From: a virus
Lineage: Duplodnaviria > Caudoviricetes
Length of the DNA stretch: 55,980 bases
IMG/VR virus record: IMGVR_UViG_3300012936_002638
Location: 1-55,980 of that record
Direction: 5' to 3' (one strand)
The notes beneath the pieces were generated by a model, which worked only from the letters and a program-made list of their open reading frames with translations, ran no database searches and was not told the origin of the DNA. Of the stretch, positions 9,102-18,991 are shown piece by piece (position 1 is the stretch's first letter; the number at the start of each line of letters is the position of its first letter). The position numbers and the translations under genes are program-made.

Positions 9102-9491
9102 ATGTCGATGCATTTGGTAGGTCCTTATATGACCACAACTAACTACAATCGCAAGCAGAAGAAATCTAAGAGCAAGAAACTACAAAAAGCCCAAACTGAA
9201 CACGACCAGTGGTTGCGTAAGATGGGTGCTCATCCTGATCAGCTTGCTAAGAAGAAAGAAAAGAATGCTAACATTTCTATTTTATCTCATCCTGATTATA
9301 GCACTAATAGGACAGGTCTTCCTACTAGCGATATTGTACCAGGAGGAAGCACCGCCCCCAAAGAAAGACAGATTTACTCTGGCGAGAGAACACTATTGGG
9401 AGTCGCGGTAATGCACAAGAGCAACATGGTTCCTGTGTTTGCAGACAAGAAAGAAGATGCTATTGATATAGCACAAATGCGTAGAAACTAA
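9102..9491 (+). CDS. Basic hypothetical phage protein
   Basis: GGAG SD before ATG 9102; Lys-rich; MHKSNMVPVF...MRR C-terminus. Confidence 0.6.
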   Translation: MSMHLVGPYMTTTNYNRKQKKSKSKKLQKAQTEHDQWLRKMGAHPDQLAKKKEKNANISILSHPDYSTNRTGLPTSDIVPGGSTAPKERQIYSGERTLLGVAVMHKSNMVPVFADKKEDAIDIAQMRRN

Positions 9492-9544
9492 TATACATAT
9501 AAAATTCATTAATAATCAACTTAAATAAAGTATGAGGCTGAGTT

Positions 9545-10066
9545 ATGAAGAAGGTAATATTAATAATCACTGCGGTTATGATGACCGCATCATCAACTAC
9601 GTTTGCACAGAATCAAGCACAATATCAATCAAAGATATTTTTTGATCCTACAGTGCAACCTGAGGAATACTGTCTCGCTCTTAACACATATTATGAAACG
9701 AGAAGCAGTAACCTTGCTGACAAGGCTGCCGTAGCAGATGTAGTATTGAATAGGGTAAGAGATAGGCGTTACCCTAACACTATTTGCGAAGTAGTAAAGC
9801 AAGGTCCAGTCAATAGCAAAGGCATGCCTAAAAGACATAGGTGCCAGTTTAGTTGGTATTGTGACGGAAAGTCAGACATGCCAAAAAATGTAGAAAGGTG
9901 GCTTGAAGCCCAATCTATTGCTTATAACATTTTATATCATAAAAAGTATCGTGGTATTACAGAGGGTGCAACCCATTACCACGCAACGTATGTCAGTCCA
10001 AGATGGACAAAAGATATGAATTTGATAGGTAGAATAGGAGCTCATATATACTATCGTTGGGATTAA
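9545..10066 (+). CDS. SleB/Hydrolase_2 cell-wall hydrolase
   Basis: CLALNTYYETR, VVLNRV, YPNTICEVV, CQFSWYCDGK, GATHYHA, IGAHIYY; N-terminal signal peptide. Confidence 0.88.
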   Translation: MKKVILIITAVMMTASSTTFAQNQAQYQSKIFFDPTVQPEEYCLALNTYYETRSSNLADKAAVADVVLNRVRDRRYPNTICEVVKQGPVNSKGMPKRHRCQFSWYCDGKSDMPKNVERWLEAQSIAYNILYHKKYRGITEGATHYHATYVSPRWTKDMNLIGRIGAHIYYRWD

Positions 10067-10111
10067 TAGGTGCGTATATATACGGCCGTAGGGATCAGGT
10101 TAAATAATATA

Positions 10112-12307
10112 ATGATATTTGGAATCTTGGTTATGATTACGGCGCTTTCGATAAGCGCCGTTGCTATCTATTACTCGGTAAGCGGGCTTGTGGCTATTTT
10201 TGCCGCGGCCGCATTGCCTATCATCATAATGGGTGGCGCACTAGAAATAGGTAAACTAGTTACGGCTGTATGGCTACACTGGTATTGGAAAGAAGCTAAG
10301 TGGTGGCTGAAATGGTATTTGACTATTGCAGTTTTAGTTCTAATGTTTATTACCAGTATGGGTATTTTTGGCTTTTTAAGTAAAGCTCACATAGAACAAA
10401 CATCAGCGGCCGAAGAAGGTATAGCACAAATAGAACGTATTGACGAAGAAGTTATACGTCAAGAAAGTTTAATATCAAGAGCCGAACTACGGATAGAAGA
10501 AGCTGAAGCCAGTGTGGGCAAAGGCAACGATGCTATCCAACAACAGATTGATAAAGAACAACAAAGAATAGATACTGCCTACACTCGTATTGAGCCTGCT
10601 ATTGCAGAACAGAATCAAATCATACAAACTCAACTAGGATCACTCGAAGATAAAGTTGCAGTCTATGAAGAAGAGATAACAAGTTTGGATAGCGAACTAG
10701 AGCGTCTAAAAAGTTTGATTGAACAATACAGGAAAGAAATAGAAAGCACAAGTGTTGCAAGTATAGAACAACAAGTACAGCCATATAAAGATCAAATAGC
10801 ACAACTTGACATAGACTTAGAACGTATTAACACACAAGCAAATGACTACGAACAAAGGATAGTTGGTTTACAAATAGATACTAGTGCTATTGAAGTAATA
10901 AAAACACGAATAGCCGCTATTGAAGAAAATATTGTTGTGACTACTAACAAGTTACAAAGTACAGAACGTGCTAAGATACAAGAAGGACAAGCAGTCATTG
11001 GTGTAACTAGTGACGGATTGTTTGGAGGCAATACACGAAGGGCTTTAGCAACATGGGTAGAAGCTCAACAAGAACGTATTGCTCAACTACAAGCACAAGA
11101 AACAGATTTAAGAACACAAGCACAAGCAACACTTGATGCTGAGCGAACACGTTTAACAGATGTTGTTAAAGATTTACGTGGCACACAGACAGATAATATC
11201 AATCAACGTAAGCAAAGTTTACTAGATGCAATAGATAGTATACGAGCAGGTGCAGTTGACGAAGCAAAGACACAGAGAGCCGATATACAAAGAAAGATTG
11301 ATACAGTCTTAGATACAGACATTCCTGCTAACAGGGACGCAAGGCAATCCGCTCAGGATGCAATCACTGTCTTGCGTCAAGCAGACGACCCAAGAATCAA
11401 CGCCGCACGACAAACCATTAAGGATTTACGTGCAGGTGCTGATTCACAGATTTCAGCAAGCAATAATCTTATACAAAAACTTCGTGAAAGTTTAACTGTG
11501 GGTAAAGATGATTCAGTTGAAAAAATAGTTGCTGATCAGCAAACTAAAATAGTAACTGCCAACAATACTATTGATTCTTTGACAGAAGAAAAGTATGCGT
11601 TGCAAGCAGAATATAGAAAATTAGAAGCAGAAGTAGGACCGATAAAATATCTTGCTGAATTTATATATGGAGAAACAGACCAAGATATACTCGAAGAGGC
11701 TGTGAGGTGGGTAATCATTACAATAATATTTGTTTTTGATCCTCTAGCAGTTCTACTTCTAATAGCCAGCCAAGCTACATTTGACATGCGTAGGAAAGAC
11801 CGCGAAGATCCTTTCGATTGGAAATCCTATGAGCGAGCAAGGGCACAAATGATAGTTGATAATCCTGGCGTTGAGGAGAATAACAATGACAATGAGAGCG
11901 ATGATAATATCGATGATGAACCTGCACAATCCGGAGATAGCGACCAAGAAGGACCTGATGAGGCCCCCGCCTCCGTCGATACCGCAGAAGATGAAGACAC
12001 CAAGCCAAATGCCTGGTTGCCTGACTCAACTGGAACCGGACCTGAAGGAGGAAGCACTACCAATAAACTTTCTCCTGAACAAACAAGACAACGACAGGAT
12101 TACTTAGAAGAACGTGAAACAGAGCAAGTGTATCGTGAACAAAAACAAAACTGGAAAAATGATAATCCAGAAGATACACTTAAAAGACACAAAGAGGCAT
12201 ATATAATGGGTAAGATTGATGAACTTCCGTGGGATGGATACTCACAGAATAGTGAACAATCAGATAACACAATATGGCAACGTTTAAAAGATAATGACAA
12301 AGATTAA
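10112..12307 (+). CDS. Large membrane-anchored coiled-coil protein
   Basis: Three N-terminal TM helices, long coiled coil, EAEVGPIKY, TM IFVFDPLAV, acidic low-complexity tail. Confidence 0.75.
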   Translation: MIFGILVMITALSISAVAIYYSVSGLVAIFAAAALPIIIMGGALEIGKLVTAVWLHWYWKEAKWWLKWYLTIAVLVLMFITSMGIFGFLSKAHIEQTSAAEEGIAQIERIDEEVIRQESLISRAELRIEEAEASVGKGNDAIQQQIDKEQQRIDTAYTRIEPAIAEQNQIIQTQLGSLEDKVAVYEEEITSLDSELERLKSLIEQYRKEIESTSVASIEQQVQPYKDQIAQLDIDLERINTQANDYEQRIVGLQIDTSAIEVIKTRIAAIEENIVVTTNKLQSTERAKIQEGQAVIGVTSDGLFGGNTRRALATWVEAQQERIAQLQAQETDLRTQAQATLDAERTRLTDVVKDLRGTQTDNINQRKQSLLDAIDSIRAGAVDEAKTQRADIQRKIDTVLDTDIPANRDARQSAQDAITVLRQADDPRINAARQTIKDLRAGADSQISASNNLIQKLRESLTVGKDDSVEKIVADQQTKIVTANNTIDSLTEEKYALQAEYRKLEAEVGPIKYLAEFIYGETDQDILEEAVRWVIITIIFVFDPLAVLLLIASQATFDMRRKDREDPFDWKSYERARAQMIVDNPGVEENNNDNESDDNIDDEPAQSGDSDQEGPDEAPASVDTAEDEDTKPNAWLPDSTGTGPEGGSTTNKLSPEQTRQRQDYLEERETEQVYREQKQNWKNDNPEDTLKRHKEAYIMGKIDELPWDGYSQNSEQSDNTIWQRLKDNDKD

Positions 12308-12680
12308 TATTATTACACCACCAGATGTAGTACACAATCAATCGACTAGTTTTTTTCTAATACAACCTAGTGTAGATGTAAGAGATCAGTTTCAAAACCT
12401 AATGGCAAAGTTTGAAAAACCATTCAATGTGTATCTTTATGATCCACAAACTGAAGATGACTTAGCTTACGATTGGGTATTGAATATATCAAAAATGGTT
12501 GATTTTGTTATTTTAGATGTAGACCAATGTGAACCTATTATGCGTAACCTTTGTAGTTATTTAATTAGTTTACCGAACACTTTTTACTTGACAAACGACG
12601 AACAAACACCGTATAATATGCTTAGTGTCAATAGGATATTTAATCTTGATTGGCTGTATGAAAAACTAAAAGAGGAATAA
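12294..12680 (+). CDS. Hypothetical protein
   Basis: 128-aa ORF overlapping the upstream gene. Confidence 0.6.
   Translation: MTKINIITPPDVVHNQSTSFFLIQPSVDVRDQFQNLMAKFEKPFNVYLYDPQTEDDLAYDWVLNISKMVDFVILDVDQCEPIMRNLCSYLISLPNTFYLTNDEQTPYNMLSVNRIFNLDWLYEKLKEE
12588..12617 (+). promoter_or_regulatory. Consensus sigma70 promoter upstream of the bS21 gene
   Basis: TTGACA-18 nt-TATAAT inside the preceding ORF, 63 nt before rpsU. Confidence 0.65.
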
Positions 12681-12926
12681 ATGGCCAGAAACAACTACCG
12701 ACACGACCAAGACGTCTTTGTAGGCGGATTGCGTGTAGAAGTAAAGAATAACGACTTAGGCAAAGCAATGCGTAAGTTTAAGAAAAAAGTTGCAGAAGAT
12801 GGCATTCTTCAAGAACTTCGTAAACGTGAATACTTTGAAAGTAAAGGCACTAAACGTAGACTTGAGAAGCAAGCCGCTATTAGACGTTGGAAGAAAAAAA
12901 GGGCTAAAGAACAGGATAACTGGTAA
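12681..12926 (+). CDS. rpsU: 30S ribosomal protein bS21
   Basis: [44 protein letters not shown]. Confidence 0.9.
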   Translation: MARNNYRHDQDVFVGGLRVEVKNNDLGKAMRKFKKKVAEDGILQELRKREYFESKGTKRRLEKQAAIRRWKKKRAKEQDNW

Positions 12927-14095
12927 TGCGTATAGAAGAAGACATCAAGTTAGATTACAAAGATGTGCTTATACGGCCTAAGCGGAGTACATTACAAAGC
13001 CGCAAACAAGTTCGTTTAACTAGAAAATTCACATACAGGAACTATAGACCTTATGAAGAAATAGCTATCAAAACGCACCACTACGAAGGCATTCCTATTA
13101 TGGCAAGTAATATGGATGGTGTCGGTACGTTTGATATAGCAGATAAACTTGCTGAAGCTGACATATTTACTTGCTTGGTTAAAACCTATAGTGTAGATGA
13201 GTTAGTTGCATACTTTCAAGAAAACATGCCAGAACGTACAAACAATGTTGCTATGAGCATTGGTGCTGGCGAAGCAGATTATGAAAAACTAAGAATGGTA
13301 TGTGAAACAGTTGGTAAAAAATTAAAATACGTGTGCATGGATATTGCAAATGGTTACAGTGATCATTTTGCAGATAGAGTACGCAAAGTTCGTCACAGTT
13401 TTCCACAGTTAGTTATTATTGCTGGAAACGTTGTTACTAGAGAAATGACAGAGGAGTTGATACTTGCAGGAGCAGACATCGTCAAAGTCGGAATCGGACC
13501 AGGGTCTGTTTGTACGACTCGCATACAAACTGGGGTGGGCTATCCCCAACTTAGTTCGGTTATTGAGTGTGCCGATGCGGCGCATGGACTTGGAGGACAT
13601 ATTATTGCTGACGGGGGTTGTAATAATCCTGGTGATGTGGCTAAGGCTTTCGCAGGAGGTGCCGATTTTGTAATGCTTGGAGGTATGCTTGCTGGACACG
13701 ACGAAGGTGGCGGAGATATTATAACAAAATATTACAAAACTGGAGAATGGGTCAAAGAAGAGCAACAAGCCGCAAAAGGCGGACCTATTAGTATAAGTTG
13801 GAAAGACGGAATAGAACAGAAGAAGTTTGTACAGTTTTACGGAATGAGTAGCGAAAGTGCAAACGATAAACATTTTGGTGGACTTAAAGATTATCGTTCA
13901 TCAGAAGGACGCACAGTGCTTGTGCCTTATAGAGGACCTGTAGCTAGAACAGTACAGGAAATACTAGGAGGTGTGCGTAGTACTTGCACTTATGTAGGTG
14001 CAATGAAACTCAAGCAACTTAGTAAGTGTGCAACATTTATTCGTTGTACACAGACCCATAACTCGGTTTATGAAGGATCGACAATTGGTAAATAA
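12926..14095 (+). CDS. guaC: GMP reductase
   Basis: [65 protein letters not shown]. Confidence 0.93.
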   Translation: MRIEEDIKLDYKDVLIRPKRSTLQSRKQVRLTRKFTYRNYRPYEEIAIKTHHYEGIPIMASNMDGVGTFDIADKLAEADIFTCLVKTYSVDELVAYFQENMPERTNNVAMSIGAGEADYEKLRMVCETVGKKLKYVCMDIANGYSDHFADRVRKVRHSFPQLVIIAGNVVTREMTEELILAGADIVKVGIGPGSVCTTRIQTGVGYPQLSSVIECADAAHGLGGHIIADGGCNNPGDVAKAFAGGADFVMLGGMLAGHDEGGGDIITKYYKTGEWVKEEQQAAKGGPISISWKDGIEQKKFVQFYGMSSESANDKHFGGLKDYRSSEGRTVLVPYRGPVARTVQEILGGVRSTCTYVGAMKLKQLSKCATFIRCTQTHNSVYEGSTIGK

Positions 14096-14152
14096 CTATG
14101 AGCGCCGGAAGGGCTCTTTAACATATCTTGCTTATAAAGGAGAAATGAAATG
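14089..14152 (+). promoter_or_regulatory. Late promoter plus ROSE-like RNA thermometer in the hsp20 5' UTR
   Basis: TAAATA at 14089-94; GAGC-G-CC-GGAA-GG-GCTC hairpin; AUCUUGCUU pairs with AAGGAGA (SD) with a bulged G. Confidence 0.65.
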
Positions 14153-14599
14153 ACAAGATTTACAACACTAGACTTACCCCATCTACACAGACAAACTATA
14201 GGATTCGATAGAATGTTCGATGCACTAGAGGCTACATTCGCTAATAGTCCTAAGTCACAAGGGTATCCACCATATAACGTTGTGCAGGAAAATGATGATG
14301 AGTATACTATCTCATTAGCAGTTGCTGGTTTCACAATGGCAGACTTGGATATCACTGTAGAAAAAAATGTACTAACCGTAGTAGGCAAATCACCAGATGA
14401 ACCAGAAGATAAAAACTATCTACACAAAGGCATCGGTGGTAGAAACTTTACAAGAGAGTTCACATTAGCTGAACATATTGAAGTTACTGGTGCTGACTTA
14501 GAAAACGGTATGTTACATATTAACTTAGTACGTGACATTCCAGAAGCACAGAAACCAAAGAAAATTGGTATCCGTGAAGTTGGAACTATCGAAGGCTAA
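14150..14599 (+). CDS. Small heat-shock protein Hsp20 (IbpA-like)
   Basis: IGFDRMF, YPPYNV, LAVAGF, YLHKGI, FTLAEHIEV, ENGMLHINL, IPEAQKPKKI. Confidence 0.93.
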   Translation: MTRFTTLDLPHLHRQTIGFDRMFDALEATFANSPKSQGYPPYNVVQENDDEYTISLAVAGFTMADLDITVEKNVLTVVGKSPDEPEDKNYLHKGIGGRNFTREFTLAEHIEVTGADLENGMLHINLVRDIPEAQKPKKIGIREVGTIEG

Positions 14600-14607
14600 A
14601 AAGTCTA

Positions 14608-14643
14608 GGAGGGTAAGTTATGTTATTTCATTGTTTACCCTCC
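14608..14643 (+). other. Intergenic stem-loop between hsp20 and clpS
   Basis: GGAGGGTAAG...TTTACCCTCC 10-bp stem; no U-tract. Confidence 0.55.
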
Positions 14644-14664
14644 AATGATAAAGGAATGTTAAAA

Positions 14665-14964
14665 ATGACAGTAGATGTAGTATTAGATGAAAAGATCAGT
14701 ATAGATCTTAAAGAACCAAAAAAATACAAAGTTATTTTCCTTAATGACGACAGTACACCTATGGAGTTTGTTATTGAGGTATTGACAAAAATATTTAAAC
14801 ACAATGTTGAAACGGCAACGAATCTAACAATGAAAATACATGAAGAAGGTAGCGGCATTGTTGGAATCTATACTCATGAGATTGCAGAAATGAAAGCAAC
14901 AGAAACTGTTAGTCTTGCCCGTAATCACGGTTTTCAACTACAGATAAAGTTAGAGGAAGAATGA
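14665..14964 (+). CDS. clpS: ATP-dependent Clp protease adaptor ClpS
   Basis: PKKYKVIFLNDDSTPMEFV, IHEEG, EIAEMKA. Confidence 0.9.
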   Translation: MTVDVVLDEKISIDLKEPKKYKVIFLNDDSTPMEFVIEVLTKIFKHNVETATNLTMKIHEEGSGIVGIYTHEIAEMKATETVSLARNHGFQLQIKLEEE

Positions 14965-15278
14965 TAGTTTTCATCATCGGTTACTTAATAATGTTTTTTA
15001 ATGAAGGCTTTGTGATTATGCGTCACGTAAGTCCTTGGTTTGCTACAAAACGCAAACAGTTACATAATAAATTTGGAAGAGAAAGAGTAAAACGTATTCA
15101 CGGACTCACTGATTGGACATGGATTATTTTACTTGCAATAGGAATATATTTAGATTTAGAAAACTGGAAAGTGTATGCAGTTATTGTATTTGCTTTTTGG
15201 ATCGTAGTAGCAGTAGGAGTTTATCTTCCTATGCTATATAGAAAAATAAGACAACAACCAACAGGATATGTAAAATGA
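14961..15278 (+). CDS. Hypothetical membrane protein
   Basis: Three hydrophobic segments; ATGA overlaps at both ends. Confidence 0.6.
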   Translation: MIVFIIGYLIMFFNEGFVIMRHVSPWFATKRKQLHNKFGRERVKRIHGLTDWTWIILLAIGIYLDLENWKVYAVIVFAFWIVVAVGVYLPMLYRKIRQQPTGYVK

Positions 15279-15808
15279 GCAAACTTAAAGAACTTACATG
15301 GGAAAACCATCAAAAAGCAGAACGCAAAGTTATTGCAAGAAAACTGCTTAAAGGAATGGAACCAAGAGAATATCATAGATTTTTATACAACCAATATGTG
15401 CAATATGCGGCTTTAGAAAGTTTTGCACAAGATAGAGGCATACTTGAAGGTATAGAAGATATTTGTAGAGCACCAGGCTTTAGAGCAGACATGGAAGAAC
15501 TTGAAACAGAACATAGCATTGAGCGTGAGCCAGAAATGTTATGCGATGTAGTGCCTGACTATGTACGTTATGTAAGCACCCTTGATGATGAAGGATTGCT
15601 ATCACATATCTACGTAAGACACTTTGGTGAGTTACATGGTGGACAAATGATTAAGAAACGTGCGCCTGGTAGTGGTACATGTTATGATTTCAATAACCCA
15701 GAAAAACTTATTAGTGATGTGCGTGAAAGATTACATGATGGAATGGCACCTGAAGCTAATACATGTTTTGAATATGCAATGAAACTTTTTGAGGAGTTAG
15801 AGCAATGA
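15275..15808 (+). CDS. Heme oxygenase (biliverdin-producing)
   Basis: LKELTWENHQKAE (proximal His), YAALE, HIYVRHFGELHGGQMI. Confidence 0.88.
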   Translation: MSKLKELTWENHQKAERKVIARKLLKGMEPREYHRFLYNQYVQYAALESFAQDRGILEGIEDICRAPGFRADMEELETEHSIEREPEMLCDVVPDYVRYVSTLDDEGLLSHIYVRHFGELHGGQMIKKRAPGSGTCYDFNNPEKLISDVRERLHDGMAPEANTCFEYAMKLFEELEQ

Positions 15809-16269
15809 TCAATATACAAGTTGGCAAAACATATGAAATAAATGCATACTTTAAGAAAAGTCTGTTTGAAATAGAACAATATCAACACGAAGATGGCCGT
15901 ATGCTAAACACAGAGATTATGTGGCGTAATGGTACATTCTTTATTCATGTGTGCAACGAAGAAGAAGCAGAAGAACTTCAAAGTTGTATAGGCGAAGATG
16001 GTGAAATATGGGACTTTGAAACCTACGAAGAGATTGAAATGGATAGTTGTTTCGATGGTTGTAGTGAAGATTTTGTACACTACGGCAATCACTTTACCGA
16101 AGAAGAACAAGAAGCACTTGCAGAAGAATATGAAGAGCAACTAGACAGTGATGAATGGCAAGGACGCTATGAATGGCTAGAAGAACGTGGCTTTGAAAGT
16201 TTAGGCTGTAACTGGCAAATACATGGTGGCATCGAAGCAGTAGAATCAGATCATGAGCTTTGCATATGA
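15805..16269 (+). CDS. Acidic hypothetical protein
   Basis: 154-aa Glu-rich ORF overlapping both neighbours. Confidence 0.6.
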   Translation: MINIQVGKTYEINAYFKKSLFEIEQYQHEDGRMLNTEIMWRNGTFFIHVCNEEEAEELQSCIGEDGEIWDFETYEEIEMDSCFDGCSEDFVHYGNHFTEEEQEALAEEYEEQLDSDEWQGRYEWLEERGFESLGCNWQIHGGIEAVESDHELCI

Positions 16270-16952
16270 GCGAAGTATGGGATACCTTAATAGAGATCCA
16301 AGACAGACTTATACATGCTTTTGGAAACACAGGACATGAAATAGAAGAACCTGGTATGGAACGATTTAACCAGCCAGGTTGGATCAATAGAGTTTGGGAA
16401 AGCAGTAGTTATAGACGAGCTCACATTGATGTTGTAGATGCACGTGAGTCTAAAGGCTTATGGATGATGCATTGTTGCGTGTTTCCACATTTAGATAATG
16501 ATGGACCTATATTTGGACTAGACGTTATTGCTGGAAAGAAAAAGATAACAGGTTTCTTCCACGATTACAGTAGAACAATATCAGAATCACATCCTATGAT
16601 ACATGCATTTGGTGATGAAGTAGCAAAACTAGAATGGCGTAAAGAACGTGAACTACCTGAATGGGCTAGAGCAATATTTTCGCCACATATGGTAGCCGCT
16701 GGTAATGTTAGTAAAACAGAAGAACTTGATCAGTTGTTAGCATTAAGTTTAGATAGTGTAGATGCATACTTAACAGATATTTCAAACTATAATGAATCTG
16801 CGGATGAAGAAGAAGTCAAGGCGGCACAAAATCGTTATGCACATTATCAAAAACAAAATCCACATACGCCAAGGACTATGACGAGTTTAGGGTTAGACGA
16901 AGAGGATGTTCGTGTATTTGTACAAGAATGTTTGTTTCCTGACATTAAATAA
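16266..16952 (+). CDS. pcyX: Ferredoxin-dependent bilin reductase (PcyX/PcyA-like)
   Basis: YRRAHIDVVD, MMHCCVFP, PIFGLDVIAG, RELPEWARAIFS, YQKQNPHT, LFP; next to heme oxygenase. Confidence 0.8.
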   Translation: MSEVWDTLIEIQDRLIHAFGNTGHEIEEPGMERFNQPGWINRVWESSSYRRAHIDVVDARESKGLWMMHCCVFPHLDNDGPIFGLDVIAGKKKITGFFHDYSRTISESHPMIHAFGDEVAKLEWRKERELPEWARAIFSPHMVAAGNVSKTEELDQLLALSLDSVDAYLTDISNYNESADEEEVKAAQNRYAHYQKQNPHTPRTMTSLGLDEEDVRVFVQECLFPDIK

Positions 16953-17971
16953 TGCCGCAATGCAAAGCTCTAACTAATCAAATACATTACAATATAGATG
17001 GTAACTTTTTACCTTGTTGTGCATTTGATACAGAGCTTGTATTCCCTGTAAGTGAATATACACCTATTGAGTTTCTAACTAGCCCGTTTATGCATGACAT
17101 TAGAAATGAAATGCAAACAGGCTGGCATAACGGTTGCATTATATGTAAACGTAATGAAGATGCAAACAAGTTTAGTCTAAGACAACATTATAACTTATGG
17201 TGTAGACAAAATGATGTTATAGAGTTTTTAGATTTATCTCTTAATAATACTTGTAACCTAACATGCAGAATGTGTGATGAAATCAGCAGTAGTAAATGGG
17301 CAGAAATAAAACAAACAGTTGGGCATAGACATAACTTTGCGGATATAATAAATCATTTACCAGATATAAAATATATAAAATATGTTGGCGGCGAACCTTT
17401 TATTACACCCGAAGTAAAAGATATAATAGATTATGCGGCAGAAAAACATATTACATTAACAGTAAACACAAACGGCACATTCTTTCCATATAAACATCTT
17501 AATAAACTAAAGTTAACAAAAAGTTTAAATGTAGGTGTGAGTATAGACGGATACCAATATACAAATGATTATATAAGAAACGGTAGTAACTTTGAACAAA
17601 TAAGCAAAGTTATGGCAGAATGGATAAACTTTTATAAGGAACACAAAGGTATCCTTTCTATAGATACTACAGTACAGGCTTATAATCTACACGATCTTTC
17701 AAATATAAAACTTTATGCAAATACAATAGGTGTGCAGTGGTTACCGCAACTACTTGAAAAACCAATGCACTATAATATAAATGCACTACCAGAAAACTAT
17801 ATTGATGAAATATTAGACGAAACTAATACACAGTTTGTTAAAAACTACAAGTTTGACGAGCTTGCCTGGAATGCATTATGCAGTCAAACAAAACTTAATG
17901 ACACATTGTTTAATAAAAATATTGCAGACTATAATCCTATCTTGCATAAATACATTAACGGAGAAGCCTAA
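16952..17971 (+). CDS. Radical SAM protein with N-terminal SPASM/twitch-like domain
   Basis: PCC, CIIC, CNLTCRMC, GGEP, SIDG. Confidence 0.85.
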   Translation: MPQCKALTNQIHYNIDGNFLPCCAFDTELVFPVSEYTPIEFLTSPFMHDIRNEMQTGWHNGCIICKRNEDANKFSLRQHYNLWCRQNDVIEFLDLSLNNTCNLTCRMCDEISSSKWAEIKQTVGHRHNFADIINHLPDIKYIKYVGGEPFITPEVKDIIDYAAEKHITLTVNTNGTFFPYKHLNKLKLTKSLNVGVSIDGYQYTNDYIRNGSNFEQISKVMAEWINFYKEHKGILSIDTTVQAYNLHDLSNIKLYANTIGVQWLPQLLEKPMHYNINALPENYIDEILDETNTQFVKNYKFDELAWNALCSQTKLNDTLFNKNIADYNPILHKYINGEA

Positions 17972-18975
17972 TGCGTTTTGTTGAATTTAGAGAAAATAAT
18001 AAAAAGCCATTATTTGAATATGATGCTAATATTCCAGATCAAGAACTAAAAGATCTTATTGTTCAACGGTTACAAACTGAAGACGATAGAAACATGCTGG
18101 ATAAAATTTACCAAGCATTAGAAGCAAGTACTCTTGATGAACGTATCAAGGAAACACTTGGACAAGATACTGACGCAAAAAGTAGATTACAAATTTTTGC
18201 TGGTATGGTTATGAATACTGAAGGCACATATGCTGAGAAACAAGAGTTTATAGACAACTATGCAGAAGGTTATATTGACACTCAAAAACTTACAACACCA
18301 AATCAAATACATCAATACGGAGAATGGATTGTTGGACCACCGTTTGTAGAGCGTGTATATGATCAACTTTATACTTACACACCACAAGGAATCGGACCTG
18401 GTGAGTATGCATTAGCAGTTCTTAGTCCACGTATTTCAGCAAGCGGGCGTAGTGCTGAAATGGCTGGGGATCTTGTTATAGATGGTGCAATGTGTGAAGT
18501 AAAAGCAAAACAACAAAGCGGAGGACGTTTTAGCGATAACAGAAAAGCTAAAATGAATATAAGAGCAACAGAACAGGCTTTTAATAAACTAGGTATAGAA
18601 GTTGGTAAAGGTATAAGCGGACTAATGTTTGCACGTGACATACGACCTCAACTGGATCCTAAAGACCTTGCAACATTATGTAAAATAATAGTTGACAATG
18701 CATTTTCATTTGTAAGTAAGGGTCAAAAAGGTGCCTTGGTAACAGCACTCGAAGGTGGAGACGGGCGACAGATTGCACATGAGTGGGGTATGCTTAGTTT
18801 TCACAACTATAAGTTGATGAGTAAGTTTGAAACAATGTTATTGTTAGATGGGCCTAAGAGACATAGTTTATATTTTACTGACATCAATAATGTCAGTGCA
18901 GTTATAAATGCTGGTCAACCATATGTAGTTGGACCAGAGCAACAGATACATCCGCAGATGACATTCAAGATTTAA
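17971..18975 (+). CDS. Putative PD-(D/E)XK nuclease-like protein, possibly virion-packaged
   Basis: GIGPGEYAL...GDLVIDGAMCEVK; CATAAATA upstream; N-terminus MRFVEFRE. Confidence 0.5.
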   Translation: MRFVEFRENNKKPLFEYDANIPDQELKDLIVQRLQTEDDRNMLDKIYQALEASTLDERIKETLGQDTDAKSRLQIFAGMVMNTEGTYAEKQEFIDNYAEGYIDTQKLTTPNQIHQYGEWIVGPPFVERVYDQLYTYTPQGIGPGEYALAVLSPRISASGRSAEMAGDLVIDGAMCEVKAKQQSGGRFSDNRKAKMNIRATEQAFNKLGIEVGKGISGLMFARDIRPQLDPKDLATLCKIIVDNAFSFVSKGQKGALVTALEGGDGRQIAHEWGMLSFHNYKLMSKFETMLLLDGPKRHSLYFTDINNVSAVINAGQPYVVGPEQQIHPQMTFKI

Positions 18976-18991
18976 TATTGTTGGAGATAAG

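Noticed and set aside
11870-12070. Higher-GC stretch with several overlapping short ORFs
   Set aside because: Explained by the acidic Pro/Gly/Asp low-complexity tail of the 10112-12307 protein.
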